Assembly (NCBI GenBank): GCA_046726435.1
Contig: JBKPAM010000008.1
Span: 2,668-66,667, forward strand
Length of the DNA: 64,000 bases
Source of the DNA: Actinomycetota bacterium
GTDB lineage: Bacteria > Actinomycetota > Thermoleophilia > Gaiellales > Gaiellaceae
Reading direction: 5' to 3'
In this document: piece by piece, positions 46,744 to 59,197 of the stretch
Numbering within the stretch: the stretch's first letter is position 1
Layout of the letters: each line of letters begins with the position of its first letter
Position numbers and translations under genes: made by a program
The notes under the pieces: model-generated
Database searches by the model: none
Seen by the model: only the letters and a program-made list of their open reading frames with translations
Told to the model about the DNA's origin: nothing

Positions 46744-47510
46744 CGACAAATGAGGAGCTGCGGGCGCTCGTGGAGTCGTATCTCGCCGAGCTGGCGCTGA
46801 CGCCCGAGCTCGGCGGGCTCGAAGAGTCGATGCGCCACGCCCTCGCGGGCGGCGGCAAGCGCGTGCGGCCGGTGCTCTGCCTGGCGACGGCCGAGGCCGC
46901 GGGGGCCGAGCCCGAGGCGGCGCTTCCGGCCGCGGCGGCGCTCGAGCTCGTGCACAACTTCTCGCTCGTCCACGACGACCTTCCCGCGCTGGACGACGAC
47001 AAGGTGCGGCGTGGCCGCGCGAGCACGTGGGCGGAGTACGGCGAGGCGGTCGCGGTTCTCGCCGGCGACGCGCTGCTGGCCGAGGCGCTGCGGCTCGCCC
47101 TCTCCTACACCTCGCCCGCGGTCGCGCGCGAGCTCGTCCAGGCCACGCTCGGCATGATCGGCGGCCAGTACCTCGACATCATGGGCGGCGGCGACGACCT
47201 CGCCGCGCTGCACCGGCTCAAGACCGGCTGTCTCTTCTCCGCCTCGGTGGCGTGCGGACTATGGGTGGCCGAGGTGCCGGAGGCCGAGCAGCGGCCGTGG
47301 CGGGCCTTCGCGGACGAGGTGGGGCTCCTGTTCCAGATCGTCGACGACATCCTGGACGAGGACGGCTACCTGCTCGAGCACGGCCCCGAGGGCGCGCGGG
47401 CGCTGGCCGACGAGGCGGCAGATCGCGCACAGGCGCGGCTGGCCGAGATCCCGGCCGACACCTCTGTGCTCTCGGGGATCGTCGCCGGACTCGCCGCCCG
47501 CACGTCTTGA
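46740..47510 (+). CDS. polyprenyl (farnesyl/geranylgeranyl) diphosphate synthase
   Basis: LVHDDLPALDDDKVRRG and IVDDILD aspartate-rich motifs; GTGA overlap. Confidence 0.9.
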   Translation: MTTNEELRALVESYLAELALTPELGGLEESMRHALAGGGKRVRPVLCLATAEAAGAEPEAALPAAAALELVHNFSLVHDDLPALDDDKVRRGRASTWAEYGEAVAVLAGDALLAEALRLALSYTSPAVARELVQATLGMIGGQYLDIMGGGDDLAALHRLKTGCLFSASVACGLWVAEVPEAEQRPWRAFADEVGLLFQIVDDILDEDGYLLEHGPEGARALADEAADRAQARLAEIPADTSVLSGIVAGLAARTS

Positions 47511-48487
47511 CGGCTCCTGAACCGCGGCTCAGCAACGACTCGGCCCAGCTCGTGCCGCGCACGTCCTTCGACGGCACGGAGCTGCGCTTCGACTTTCCCG
47601 GCCTCGAGATCGGAGTTGCCGAGTACGACGAGGGGCCGACGGGTTGCACCGTGTTCGCGTTCCCCGAGGGGGCGGCGTCGTCGATTGACGTTCGCGGCGG
47701 CTCGCCGGGAGTCAGCGGCGCCGCGTACGACCTCGTCCACGCCATCTGCCTCGCCGGCGGCTCGCTGTACGGGCTTGAAGCTGCCGCCGGCGTCGCGGCC
47801 GAGCTGCTGGCGCGGCGGGGGTACCGCACCGGCTGGCTCGACATCCCGCTCGTCGCGGGCGCGATCGTCTTCGACTGGGGGCCGCGCGACAACGCCATCT
47901 ACCCGGACAAGCAGCTCGGGAGAGCGGCGCTGAGGGAGGCGCGGCCCGGTCGCTTCCCGATCGGGCGCCGCGGCGCGGGCCGCTCGGCGACCGCCGGCAA
48001 GCTGTTCGCCTACGACGAGGGTGAGCCTGCCGGGCAGGGCGCGGCGTTCCGCCAGGTCGGCGAGACGAAGCTCGCGGTCTTCACGGTCGTGAACGCGGTC
48101 GGCGCGATCGTCGACCGCGACGGGAACGTCGTTCGCGGCCAATACGACCGTGCGGCGGGCTTGCGGCGCAAGCTGGTCTCCGGGGTCGAGGAGCGGCTCG
48201 CGGCCGGGACGCCGGTGCGTCCGCCACCGGGCAACACGACGCTGACCGTCGTGGCTACGAACCTGCGGCTCGACCAGCGGCAGCTGCGGACGCTCGGACG
48301 CCAGGTTCACGCCTCGATGGCCCGCGCGATCCAGCCGTTCCACGCGCTCGAGGACGGCGACGTCCTCTTCACCGTCTCGACAGCCGGGATTGAGAAGGAC
48401 CCGCTCCTGGACACGACCGCGCTCGGCGTGGTCGCGTCGGAGCTCGCCTGGGACGCGGTGCTCTCGCTGGCCGACGAGCCCGTGTAG
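47507..48487 (+). CDS. P1/S58 (DmpA-like) family aminopeptidase
   Basis: TGCTVF..IDVRGGSPG.., NTTLTVVATN family pattern; TTGA overlap. Confidence 0.75.
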   Translation: MTAPEPRLSNDSAQLVPRTSFDGTELRFDFPGLEIGVAEYDEGPTGCTVFAFPEGAASSIDVRGGSPGVSGAAYDLVHAICLAGGSLYGLEAAAGVAAELLARRGYRTGWLDIPLVAGAIVFDWGPRDNAIYPDKQLGRAALREARPGRFPIGRRGAGRSATAGKLFAYDEGEPAGQGAAFRQVGETKLAVFTVVNAVGAIVDRDGNVVRGQYDRAAGLRRKLVSGVEERLAAGTPVRPPPGNTTLTVVATNLRLDQRQLRTLGRQVHASMARAIQPFHALEDGDVLFTVSTAGIEKDPLLDTTALGVVASELAWDAVLSLADEPV

Positions 48488-48653
48488 TAGTGCCCCTCCC
48501 AGCAATGGACGCCCGTCTCTCGCCCGCTATCACGCTGCGCCAGAGCCCTCCCTCGCCCTTGCGCAGGCTTCCAGCCTGCGCCGCGGTCGAGTGGGGACTC
48601 TGGCTTGGTGCTAGTGACCGAGAGCCTGGGCACCATCACTGGAAGGGGCACTA
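48488..48653 (+). repeat. 166-nt palindromic intergenic repeat, copy 2
   Basis: Fills exactly the gap between stop TAG (48485-48487) and GTG 48654; TIRs TAGTGCCCCTCC / GGAAGGGGCACTA. Confidence 0.9.
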
Positions 48654-49418
48654 GTGCCGAGGAAGCGACTCGACGTGCTCCTCGTGGAGCGCGGGCTTGC
48701 GGAGAGCAGGGCCCAGGCACAGTCGCTCGTGCTGGCCGGCCGCGTGCCGGGCTACGAGAAGGCCGGTCAGCAGGTCGACGAATCGGTCGAGCTCGCGGTG
48801 ATCGCGCCGCCGCCGTACGTCTCGCGCGGCGGCGAGAAGCTCGCGCACGCCCTCGTCATCTTCGGCGTCGATCCCGCCGGCCGCGACTGCCTCGACGTCG
48901 GAGCCTCGACTGGAGGCTTCACGGACGTTCTGCTCCAGCGCGGCGCCTCGCGCGTGATCGCCCTCGACGTCGGCTACGGGCAGCTGCACCCGCGCATCCG
49001 GGCGGACCCTCGCGTGACCGTCCTCGAGCGGCAGAACGTGCGCGCGGTGCGGGAGTTGCCGTTTGCCCCGAGCCTGGTCGTCTGCGACGTGTCGTTCGTG
49101 AGCGTTCGCAAGGCGCTGCCGCCGGCGCTTGCGCTGGCCGCTCCCGGCTGGGAGGCGGTCGTGCTCGTGAAGCCGCAGTTCGAGGCGGAACGTGGCGAGA
49201 CGCGCCGCGGGGTGGTCCGCGACCGTGAGGTGCACCGCCGCGTGCTGCGCGACGTGGCGCTGGCCGCCGCCGGCTGGGGAGGGGAGGTGGCCGGGGTCGT
49301 AGACTCCGGCCTGCCCGGCCCGAAGGGGAACCGCGAGTTCTTCCTCCAGCTGGTGCAGCGAGAGCGGCCAGAGATTCCCGATGACCTCGACGACTGGATC
49401 GACCACGCGACGAACTGA
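48654..49418 (+). CDS. tlyA: TlyA-family rRNA (cytidine-2'-O)-methyltransferase
   Basis: RLDVLLVERGLAESRAQAQ (S4 domain), VSRGGEKL, LDVGASTGGFTDVLLQRGA. Confidence 0.9.
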   Translation: MPRKRLDVLLVERGLAESRAQAQSLVLAGRVPGYEKAGQQVDESVELAVIAPPPYVSRGGEKLAHALVIFGVDPAGRDCLDVGASTGGFTDVLLQRGASRVIALDVGYGQLHPRIRADPRVTVLERQNVRAVRELPFAPSLVVCDVSFVSVRKALPPALALAAPGWEAVVLVKPQFEAERGETRRGVVRDREVHRRVLRDVALAAAGWGGEVAGVVDSGLPGPKGNREFFLQLVQRERPEIPDDLDDWIDHATN

Positions 49419-49419
49419 G

Positions 49420-50241
49420 GTGCGGCGGCTCGCCGTCATCACGCACGGGAGGCCGGAGACGATCGGCGACGCGCTCGTGCGGCTGCGCACCTTGGCGAAG
49501 GAGCGTGGGATCGAGCTGGTGCTGCCAGACGAGGAGGTGGCGAAGCACGGCGACGGGCCGGCCGGCGCAGTCGAGAACGTGGATCTCGCGGTCGTCCTCG
49601 GCGGAGACGGCACGATGCTGCGGGCGTTGCGCCGGTTCCTCGGCACGGCAGTGCCGGTGCTGGGCGTCAACCTCGGACGCGTGGGCTTCCTCGCCTCGAT
49701 GGAGGCGGATTCGCTCGAGGAGGGCCTCGGCCGCGCGCTCTCGGGCGCGTACGAGGTGGTCCGGCTGCCGGTGCTGGAGGCAGCCGCCGATGGTGGCAGG
49801 TGGCCCGCGGTCAACGACGTGGTGGTGACGAGCTCCACCCTCGGCCGGATGATCGAGCTCGGCTGGGCGGTGGGGAACGAGGACCTCGGCGTGCAGCCAT
49901 GTGACGGGCTGATCTGCTCGACGCCGTCAGGCTCGACCGCCTACAACCTCTCCAACGGCGGGCCGGTGATGGTGTGGGGGCTCGATGCAATGGCAATCAC
50001 GTTCGTCGCGCCGCATTCGCTGCACGCACGCCCGCTGGTCGTGCCGAGAGGGCGGGCGCTGAAGGTTACGAACCGGACGAGCACCATCGGGGCAACGGTG
50101 CTGGCGGACGGGCAGCCGGTGCACGAGCTGGCTCCGGGGGACGAGGTGGAGGCCCGTTTCGTGGATCAGTGGAGCCTGCTCGCGACGCTTCCAGAGAGCA
50201 CGTTCTTCAGCCGCTACCGCCGGACGTTCTCCTCGGGCTGA
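49420..50241 (+). CDS. nadK: NAD kinase
   Basis: VVLGGDGTMLRA, NLGRVGFL, STPSGSTAYNLS; start GTG 49420 in track ORF 49381..50241. Confidence 0.9.
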   Translation: MRRLAVITHGRPETIGDALVRLRTLAKERGIELVLPDEEVAKHGDGPAGAVENVDLAVVLGGDGTMLRALRRFLGTAVPVLGVNLGRVGFLASMEADSLEEGLGRALSGAYEVVRLPVLEAAADGGRWPAVNDVVVTSSTLGRMIELGWAVGNEDLGVQPCDGLICSTPSGSTAYNLSNGGPVMVWGLDAMAITFVAPHSLHARPLVVPRGRALKVTNRTSTIGATVLADGQPVHELAPGDEVEARFVDQWSLLATLPESTFFSRYRRTFSSG

Positions 50242-50285
50242 GACACGCCGTCCACCCGTGCCCGCGTGGCGGGCCGGCTTCGGAC

Positions 50286-50327
50286 CCTGCGGAGCGTTCG
50301 TCACAGCCTGCGGAGCAATCGTCACAG
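50286..50327 (+). repeat. 21-bp tandem direct repeat x2 (cctgcggagc[gt/aa]tcgtcacag) upstream of recN
   Basis: 19/21 identical; a third CGTCACA word follows at 50342-50348. Confidence 0.85.
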
Positions 50328-50484
50328 GATCGGCACGAACCCGTCACACACGCGTGCGCGCCGGGGCGGTACCGTCCCTAGCCCCCACCCACCCAGGGGC
50401 GCGCGTGAACAAGAACCGGCGCGGCGGCTACCTGGCTGATTCCGCCGGTCGCCGCACGCCGCGCGCGGACGTAGCATCCAGACC

Positions 50485-52122
50485 GTGCTTCGGCGCCTTC
50501 GTATCGAGAACCTCGTTCTGATCCGCGAAGCCGAGCTTGTTCTCGCGCCTGGACTGAACGCGATCACGGGCGAAACCGGCGCCGGCAAGACGATTCTCGC
50601 CCAGGCGATTGGGCTCCTGCTGGGCGCGCGAGGAGACGCCGCGCTCGTGGGGCCCGACGGCGACGACGCGTACGTCGAGGCGGAGCTCGACCCGCCGATC
50701 GGGTTCTTCGACGACGACGAGCTCGCCGCGCTGTCAGAGCTCCGGCCGGAGGACGAAGACGGCCTGGTGCTCGCCCGGCGCGTGTTCCCGGACGGACGAA
50801 CCCGCGCCTACGCCTGGGGACGCAGCGCCGCCCGCGAGGACGTCGCTGCTGCGGCGGAGCGGCTGATCGCCATGTCCGGCCAGTTCGAGCAACGACGCCT
50901 TGCGCGTGCGTCGTACCAGCTCGACGTCCTCGATGCCTTCGCCGGCGACCGGCAGCAGCGGCGGCGGGCCGAGCTGCGACGCGCGTGGCGCGATCTCAGC
51001 GCCGCACGGCGTCGCCACGAGGACCTCACCCAGAACGCGGCCGCCGCCGAAGCGCGAGTCGCCGAGCTGCGGGCGCTCGTGGAGGGCATGGACGGGCTGA
51101 CTCAGGACACCGAGGAAGACCTCCGCGCCGAGCGCGAGCGGTTGCGGCACGTGACCGAGCTGGCAGAAGGTGCGTCCACGGCCGCCGAAGCGCTTTCCCC
51201 CGAGGACGGCGACGGAGCGTCGGACCTCGTCGCGAGGGCCGAGCGCGCGGTCGCTCCGCTTGAGCGCCTCGCTCCGGAGCTGGAGCGCGCCGGCAACGAG
51301 CTCCGTGACCTCGAGCTGCGCCTGCGGGAGACGGCGTCCGAGCTGCGCGGGTTTCTCGCGTCGCTGGAGGCCGAGCCGGACCGTCTCGAGCAAGTCGAGT
51401 CCGAGCTCGGCGCGATCGCCGAGGCAAAGCGGCGTTTTCGCTGCGACAGCTACGAGGAGCTGCTCGGCCAGGCAGACGAGGCCCGTGTCGAGCTCACCGC
51501 GCTCGAGGGAGGCGCCGATCCGGTTGCGGCCGCCGCCAAGGCGCTGGCCGAGGCCGAGGAACGGGCCGCGAGCCTTGCCGCGGAGCTGCGCGCCGTACGC
51601 CACTCCGCGGCGGAGAGCTTCGCCGCCGGGGTCGCCGGAGAGCTGGGCGGGATCGGCCTCGGCGAAGGCGAGTTTCGCGTCGAGCTCCGAGAGCGCGAAC
51701 CGGGTGCCACGGGGACTGACGAGGCTGCCTTCCTGATCAGGCCGAATGCGGGCCTACCGTTCGCGCCGGTCGCGGACACCGCCTCGGGCGGCGAGCTCTC
51801 CCGCATCGCCCTTGCGATCGCGGCGGTCGGGGGCGGCGAGACGATGGTCTTCGACGAGATCGACGCGGGGATCGGGGGCCAGACCGCGCATGCGGTGGGC
51901 GAGACCCTGCGTCGCCTCGCCGAGCGCGCGCAGGTTCTGACCATCACCCACCTGCCGCAGATCGCGTCACTCGCCGAGCGGCACTTCCGCGTCGAGAAGG
52001 TTCCGGGCGACCCGACGCACACGACGATCGAGCAGCTCGGAGACGACGAGCGAACCGCCGAGCTCCGGCGCATGCTGGGCGGCGAAGAGTTCATCTCCGC
52101 CGTGCAGCAGCACCAGCAATGA
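50485..52122 (+). CDS. recN: DNA repair protein RecN
   Basis: L..L.I.N..LI....L....GLN.ITGETGAGKT; SMC-like coiled coil; C-terminal GGELSRIALA; TAGCAT 7 nt upstream of the GTG. Confidence 0.95.
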   Translation: MLRRLRIENLVLIREAELVLAPGLNAITGETGAGKTILAQAIGLLLGARGDAALVGPDGDDAYVEAELDPPIGFFDDDELAALSELRPEDEDGLVLARRVFPDGRTRAYAWGRSAAREDVAAAAERLIAMSGQFEQRRLARASYQLDVLDAFAGDRQQRRRAELRRAWRDLSAARRRHEDLTQNAAAAEARVAELRALVEGMDGLTQDTEEDLRAERERLRHVTELAEGASTAAEALSPEDGDGASDLVARAERAVAPLERLAPELERAGNELRDLELRLRETASELRGFLASLEAEPDRLEQVESELGAIAEAKRRFRCDSYEELLGQADEARVELTALEGGADPVAAAAKALAEAEERAASLAAELRAVRHSAAESFAAGVAGELGGIGLGEGEFRVELREREPGATGTDEAAFLIRPNAGLPFAPVADTASGGELSRIALAIAAVGGGETMVFDEIDAGIGGQTAHAVGETLRRLAERAQVLTITHLPQIASLAERHFRVEKVPGDPTHTTIEQLGDDERTAELRRMLGGEEFISAVQQHQQ

Positions 52123-53252
52123 GCTTCGTCGAGTTCACCGGACGAGCGAGGCTCGGGCGCCGGACGAAGAACCTCGTCAGCCGTCTCGGGCCTGACGACG
52201 TCGCGATCATCGATCACCAGGACATCGACCGCGTCTCCGCCGAGGAGCTGCTCGAGTCGGGCGTGCGCGTCGTCGTCAACGTGGCGCGCTCCCAGACGGG
52301 CCGGTTTCCCAACCCCGGGCCGCTGTTGCTCGCGCGTGGAGGCGTGCGGCTGATCGACGCTCCGGGAGCTCCGCTGTTCGACGAGCTCAGCGACGGCGAG
52401 GACGTCACGGTCCGGGGCTCGAGCATCTTCCGCAACGGCACCTGCGTCGCGAACGGCCGGACGCTCGGCGCGGACGAGCTCGGCCGTGCGCTCGCCGAGC
52501 AGAAGGGGCGCGTGACCGAGGCGCTCGAGGGGTTCGCCGAGAACACCCTGGAGTACCTCCGCGACGAGGGGCGCCTGCTCGCGGAAGGGGTCGACTTTCC
52601 GCCGCTCGAGACCCGGTTCCGCGAACGGCACGCGCTGGTCGTCGCGCGAGGGCCCGGCTACAAGCGCGACCTCGCGATCGTGCGTCCGTACGTGCGCGAC
52701 TTCAAGCCGGTTCTGGTCGGCGTCGACGGCGGAGCGGACGCGCTGCTCGCGGCCGGATCGAAGCCGAACGTGATCGTCGGCGACATGGACTCGGTCTCGG
52801 ACGAGGCTCTCCGCTGCGGTGCGGAACTCGTCGTCCATGCCTACCGCGACGGAGCGGCGCCCGGCGCCGCCCGTCTCGATCGCCTCGGGCTCCGCTACTC
52901 GACCGTGTCGGCGCCCGGGATCAGCGAGGACATCGCTCTTTTGCTGGCCTTCGAGAAGGGCGCGGAGCTGATCGTCGCCGTCGGGACGCACTTCAACCTG
53001 ATCGAGTTCCTCGAGCGCGACCGCGCGGGGATGTCGTCGACCTTCGTCACGCGGCTGAAGGTGGGGGAGATTCTGATCGACGCGAAGGGCGTTTCGCGCC
53101 TCGTGAGCCGCCAGGTCGGTCTCTGGCCGTTCGTCCTGCTTGCGGCGGCGGGCCTCGCCGCAGTCGTCGTCGCGATCGTCGCCTCGCCCGGCCTGCGCCA
53201 CTTCATCGGCCTGCTGAGCCAGCGGATTCAGGACCTGCTCGGAATCGGCTAG
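52119..53252 (+). CDS. steA: putative cytokinetic ring protein SteA (thiamine pyrophosphokinase-like)
   Basis: Family pattern and position after recN as in other Actinobacteria; C-terminal TM; ATGA overlap. Confidence 0.8.
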   Translation: MSFVEFTGRARLGRRTKNLVSRLGPDDVAIIDHQDIDRVSAEELLESGVRVVVNVARSQTGRFPNPGPLLLARGGVRLIDAPGAPLFDELSDGEDVTVRGSSIFRNGTCVANGRTLGADELGRALAEQKGRVTEALEGFAENTLEYLRDEGRLLAEGVDFPPLETRFRERHALVVARGPGYKRDLAIVRPYVRDFKPVLVGVDGGADALLAAGSKPNVIVGDMDSVSDEALRCGAELVVHAYRDGAAPGAARLDRLGLRYSTVSAPGISEDIALLLAFEKGAELIVAVGTHFNLIEFLERDRAGMSSTFVTRLKVGEILIDAKGVSRLVSRQVGLWPFVLLAAAGLAAVVVAIVASPGLRHFIGLLSQRIQDLLGIG

Positions 53253-53338
53253 CACCGCCGCTTGCGTGTGCTCGGCCGGCACCGAAGCGCGTCCGTCCTG
53301 AAGTCCGCCGCCTCGGGTCCCGTGGCCCGTCGCGCTCT

Positions 53339-53363
53339 GGACATGGCCGTTTCGGCCATGTCC
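53339..53363 (+). terminator. perfect 11-bp hairpin (ggacatggccg-ttt-cggccatgtcc), no T-tract
   Basis: Read directly; 87 nt downstream of steA. Confidence 0.35.
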
Positions 53364-53466
53364 CTGCGCTGGAACCCGTTGACCTCCTCCCCGATGCGAT
53401 CCTAGTGAGAAGAGGCGCACGCATGGTCACGAAAGCGTCAAGGAACAGCAACACTTCGCGCCGCGC

Positions 53467-53889
53467 ATGCCAACCTACACCGAGACCCGCGAGCTGCTCG
53501 CGCCGCTCGACGACGTGTGGCTCTTCCTCGCCGAGCCGCATCACTTCTCCGACTGGTGGCCGGGCGTGGCCGGCGTCCACCCCGACAAGCGCGGCCTCGC
53601 GCCGGGAGCGCGGTGGTCACTTCACGGAAGCATGCGGCCCACGCTCATGCGCCGACCGGCGTCGGAGTCGACGCTCCTGGTCCGCGAGGTCGACCCGCCA
53701 GTCCGCGTCTCCTGGTACATGACGGCCGAACGCCTCGACGCGGAGCTGACGCTGGCCGACTCCGGACCGCGCCGCACGCGCGCCGAGCTCACGGTCACCG
53801 GCCCCTTCCTCGTAGGGCTGCGCCGCTCCCTGCCACGCAACGCGCTCAACCGGCTGCATGCCCTGTGCCAGACTGCGGCGGAGCTCTGA
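53467..53889 (+). CDS. SRPBCC (polyketide cyclase/START-like) family protein
   Basis: Size and pattern (..VWLFLAEPHHFSDWWPGV..). Confidence 0.7.
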   Translation: MPTYTETRELLAPLDDVWLFLAEPHHFSDWWPGVAGVHPDKRGLAPGARWSLHGSMRPTLMRRPASESTLLVREVDPPVRVSWYMTAERLDAELTLADSGPRRTRAELTVTGPFLVGLRRSLPRNALNRLHALCQTAAEL

Positions 53890-54772
53890 ATGTTCGACCT
53901 CCGTTACCACGTCGCCTCGCTTGCGGCCGTCTTCCTCGCACTCGTGATCGGGATCGTCGTCGGCGTCGGCATCTCCGACCGCGGGCTCGTCGACAGCGGG
54001 AAGCGCAGCCTGCTCGAAAGCGAGGTCGCCCGCCTGCAGAAGCAGCTCGACAAGGCCGCGCAGCAATCGAATGACCGCGACCGCGACCAGCAGGCAGCGC
54101 GCACCTTCATCAGCGAGACGTACCCTGCGCTCGTCCACAGCCGCCTGCGCGGGAAGAAGATCGCCGTCGTCTTCGTGGGCTCGGTAAAAGGCGACATTCG
54201 CTCTGCGGTCAGCCGGGCCCTCACCGACGCCGGCGCGCAGCAGTTGCGCCTCCGTGCGCTGAAGGTTCCGATCGACATCCGCCAGCTCGAGGGCAGCCTC
54301 TCGTCACTGCCCGCAGCGGACGGGCTGACGGGCAGGAGCAATCTCGAGAGCCTCGGCCGGGCGCTCGGGCAGGAGCTGATGTTCGGCGGCGACACCCCGC
54401 TGTGGAACTCGATCACCGACTTGACCTCGCTCGTCGAGGAGCGGACCGGCGGGACCAAGACTCCCGCGGACGGCGTCGTGATCATCCGCACCGTGCCGCC
54501 ACAAAAGGACGGCACGAGCCGCTTCCTGCTCGGGCTCTACTCGGGCCTGGCCTCGAGCGCCGCTCCCGCGGTCGGAGTCGAGCAGACCGACGCCGCCGAT
54601 TCGGCGACCGCCATTTTCCGCCAGGCGGGCCTCTCGACGGTCGACGACATCGACACGCCCGTCGGGCGGCTCGCGCTCGTGCTCTTGCTCGCCGGGCAGC
54701 CCTCCGGCCAGTACGGGGTGAAGCACTCGGCGACCGACGGCGCGCTGCCGCCGCTGCCGACGCCCCCGGCGG

Positions 54773-54780
<8 letters not shown>
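53890..54780 (+). CDS. copper transporter MctB-like / SteB-like membrane protein
   Basis: MFDLRYHVASLAAVFLALVIGIVVGVG N-terminus typical of the family; conserved position between steA and pyrG. Confidence 0.75.
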
Positions 54781-58016
<3,236 letters not shown>

Positions 58017-58051
58017 CGATCCAATCTATCGCGCGCGATTACGATCGCCTA

Positions 58052-59197
58052 GTGGCCAAGCCGAGCTGGGCACCGGATGTCCTGTCGCTCTTCCTCGAGC
58101 TCGCGGCGCTGCCGAGCCCGCCCGGGGAGGAGCGCGCCGTCGCGGACCGGGTGCTCGACTACCTGCGGGCGCTCGGGCTCGAAGCCGACGAGGACGACGC
58201 AGGCGCCAAGGTCGGCTCGACGATGGGCAACATCTTCTGCCGGTTGGGGCCGGCGGGCGGTAGCGGTACGCCGCTCTTCTTCTGCGCCCATCTCGACACG
58301 GTGCCGCCACAGGCGACTATCGAACCGGTCGTGGGCGAGGACGAGGTGGTGCGGAACGGCGCCGGCACCATCCTCGGCGCCGACGACAAGTCCGCCGCGG
58401 CGGCGATGCTCGAAGCGGCGGCGCGACTGGTCGAGGACGGCCGGCCGCACTCGGGCGTCGAGCTGCTGTTCACGCCCAAGGAGGAGGTCGGCCTGTTGGG
58501 CGCGACGGCATTCGACGAGTCCCGCCTCCGGGCTCGGCAGGGCTATGTCTACGACCACGCCGGCCCGATCGGTGAGGTGATCCTCGGCGCTCCTTTCCAG
58601 CAGAAGCTCGACGTGCGCTTCCACGGGCGGGCGGCGCATGCGGGGATGGTCCCCGAGGAGGGCCGCTCGGCGATCGCGGCCGGCGCTCGCGCGATCGCCG
58701 ACCTCAGGCTCGGGCGCCTCGACGAGGAGACCTCGGCGAACGTCGGCCGGATCGAGGGTGGAACCGCGCGGAACGTGGTTCCGGAATGGTGCAGCTTCGC
58801 CGCCGAGGGGCGGAGCCACGACGAGCGGAAGCTCGCCGACCTCGTGCGCGAGATGGTCGACACGGTCACTTTCGCGGCCAGCCTGGAGGAGTGCGAGGTC
58901 GAAACGCAGGTCTCGGGCCTCTCGCCCGGCTACCGCTTCCGCCGCGACGACCTGCCGGTCCGCCTTGCGGCAACCGCGCTCGAGCGTGTCGGACGGCAGC
59001 CGTCGTACATCCTCTCCGGCGGCGGCGCCGACGCGAACGTCTTCAACGAGCGGGGCCTGCAATGCGTCAACCTCGCGAACGGAATGACCGACATCCACAC
59101 CCCCGAGGAGCGGATTGCCGTGGCCGACCTGCACGAGATGGTCGACGTGACTCTGGCGCTGGTCGAGGCTGCGGGCGAGGTCGAAGATGCCGCTTAG
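58052..59197 (+). CDS. M20-family metallopeptidase (peptidase T-like)
   Basis: CAHLDTV, GADDK, LFTPKEEVGLLGA, NLANGMTDIHTPEE; TACGAT 6 nt upstream of the GTG. Confidence 0.85.
   Translation: MAKPSWAPDVLSLFLELAALPSPPGEERAVADRVLDYLRALGLEADEDDAGAKVGSTMGNIFCRLGPAGGSGTPLFFCAHLDTVPPQATIEPVVGEDEVVRNGAGTILGADDKSAAAAMLEAAARLVEDGRPHSGVELLFTPKEEVGLLGATAFDESRLRARQGYVYDHAGPIGEVILGAPFQQKLDVRFHGRAAHAGMVPEEGRSAIAAGARAIADLRLGRLDEETSANVGRIEGGTARNVVPEWCSFAAEGRSHDERKLADLVREMVDTVTFAASLEECEVETQVSGLSPGYRFRRDDLPVRLAATALERVGRQPSYILSGGGADANVFNERGLQCVNLANGMTDIHTPEERIAVADLHEMVDVTLALVEAAGEVEDAA

Noticed and set aside
50506-50520. GAGAACctcGTTCTG near the recN start as a LexA/Cheo box.
   Set aside because: The spacer is 3 nt, not 4. 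The sequence lies inside the conserved RIENLVLI coding segment of recN.
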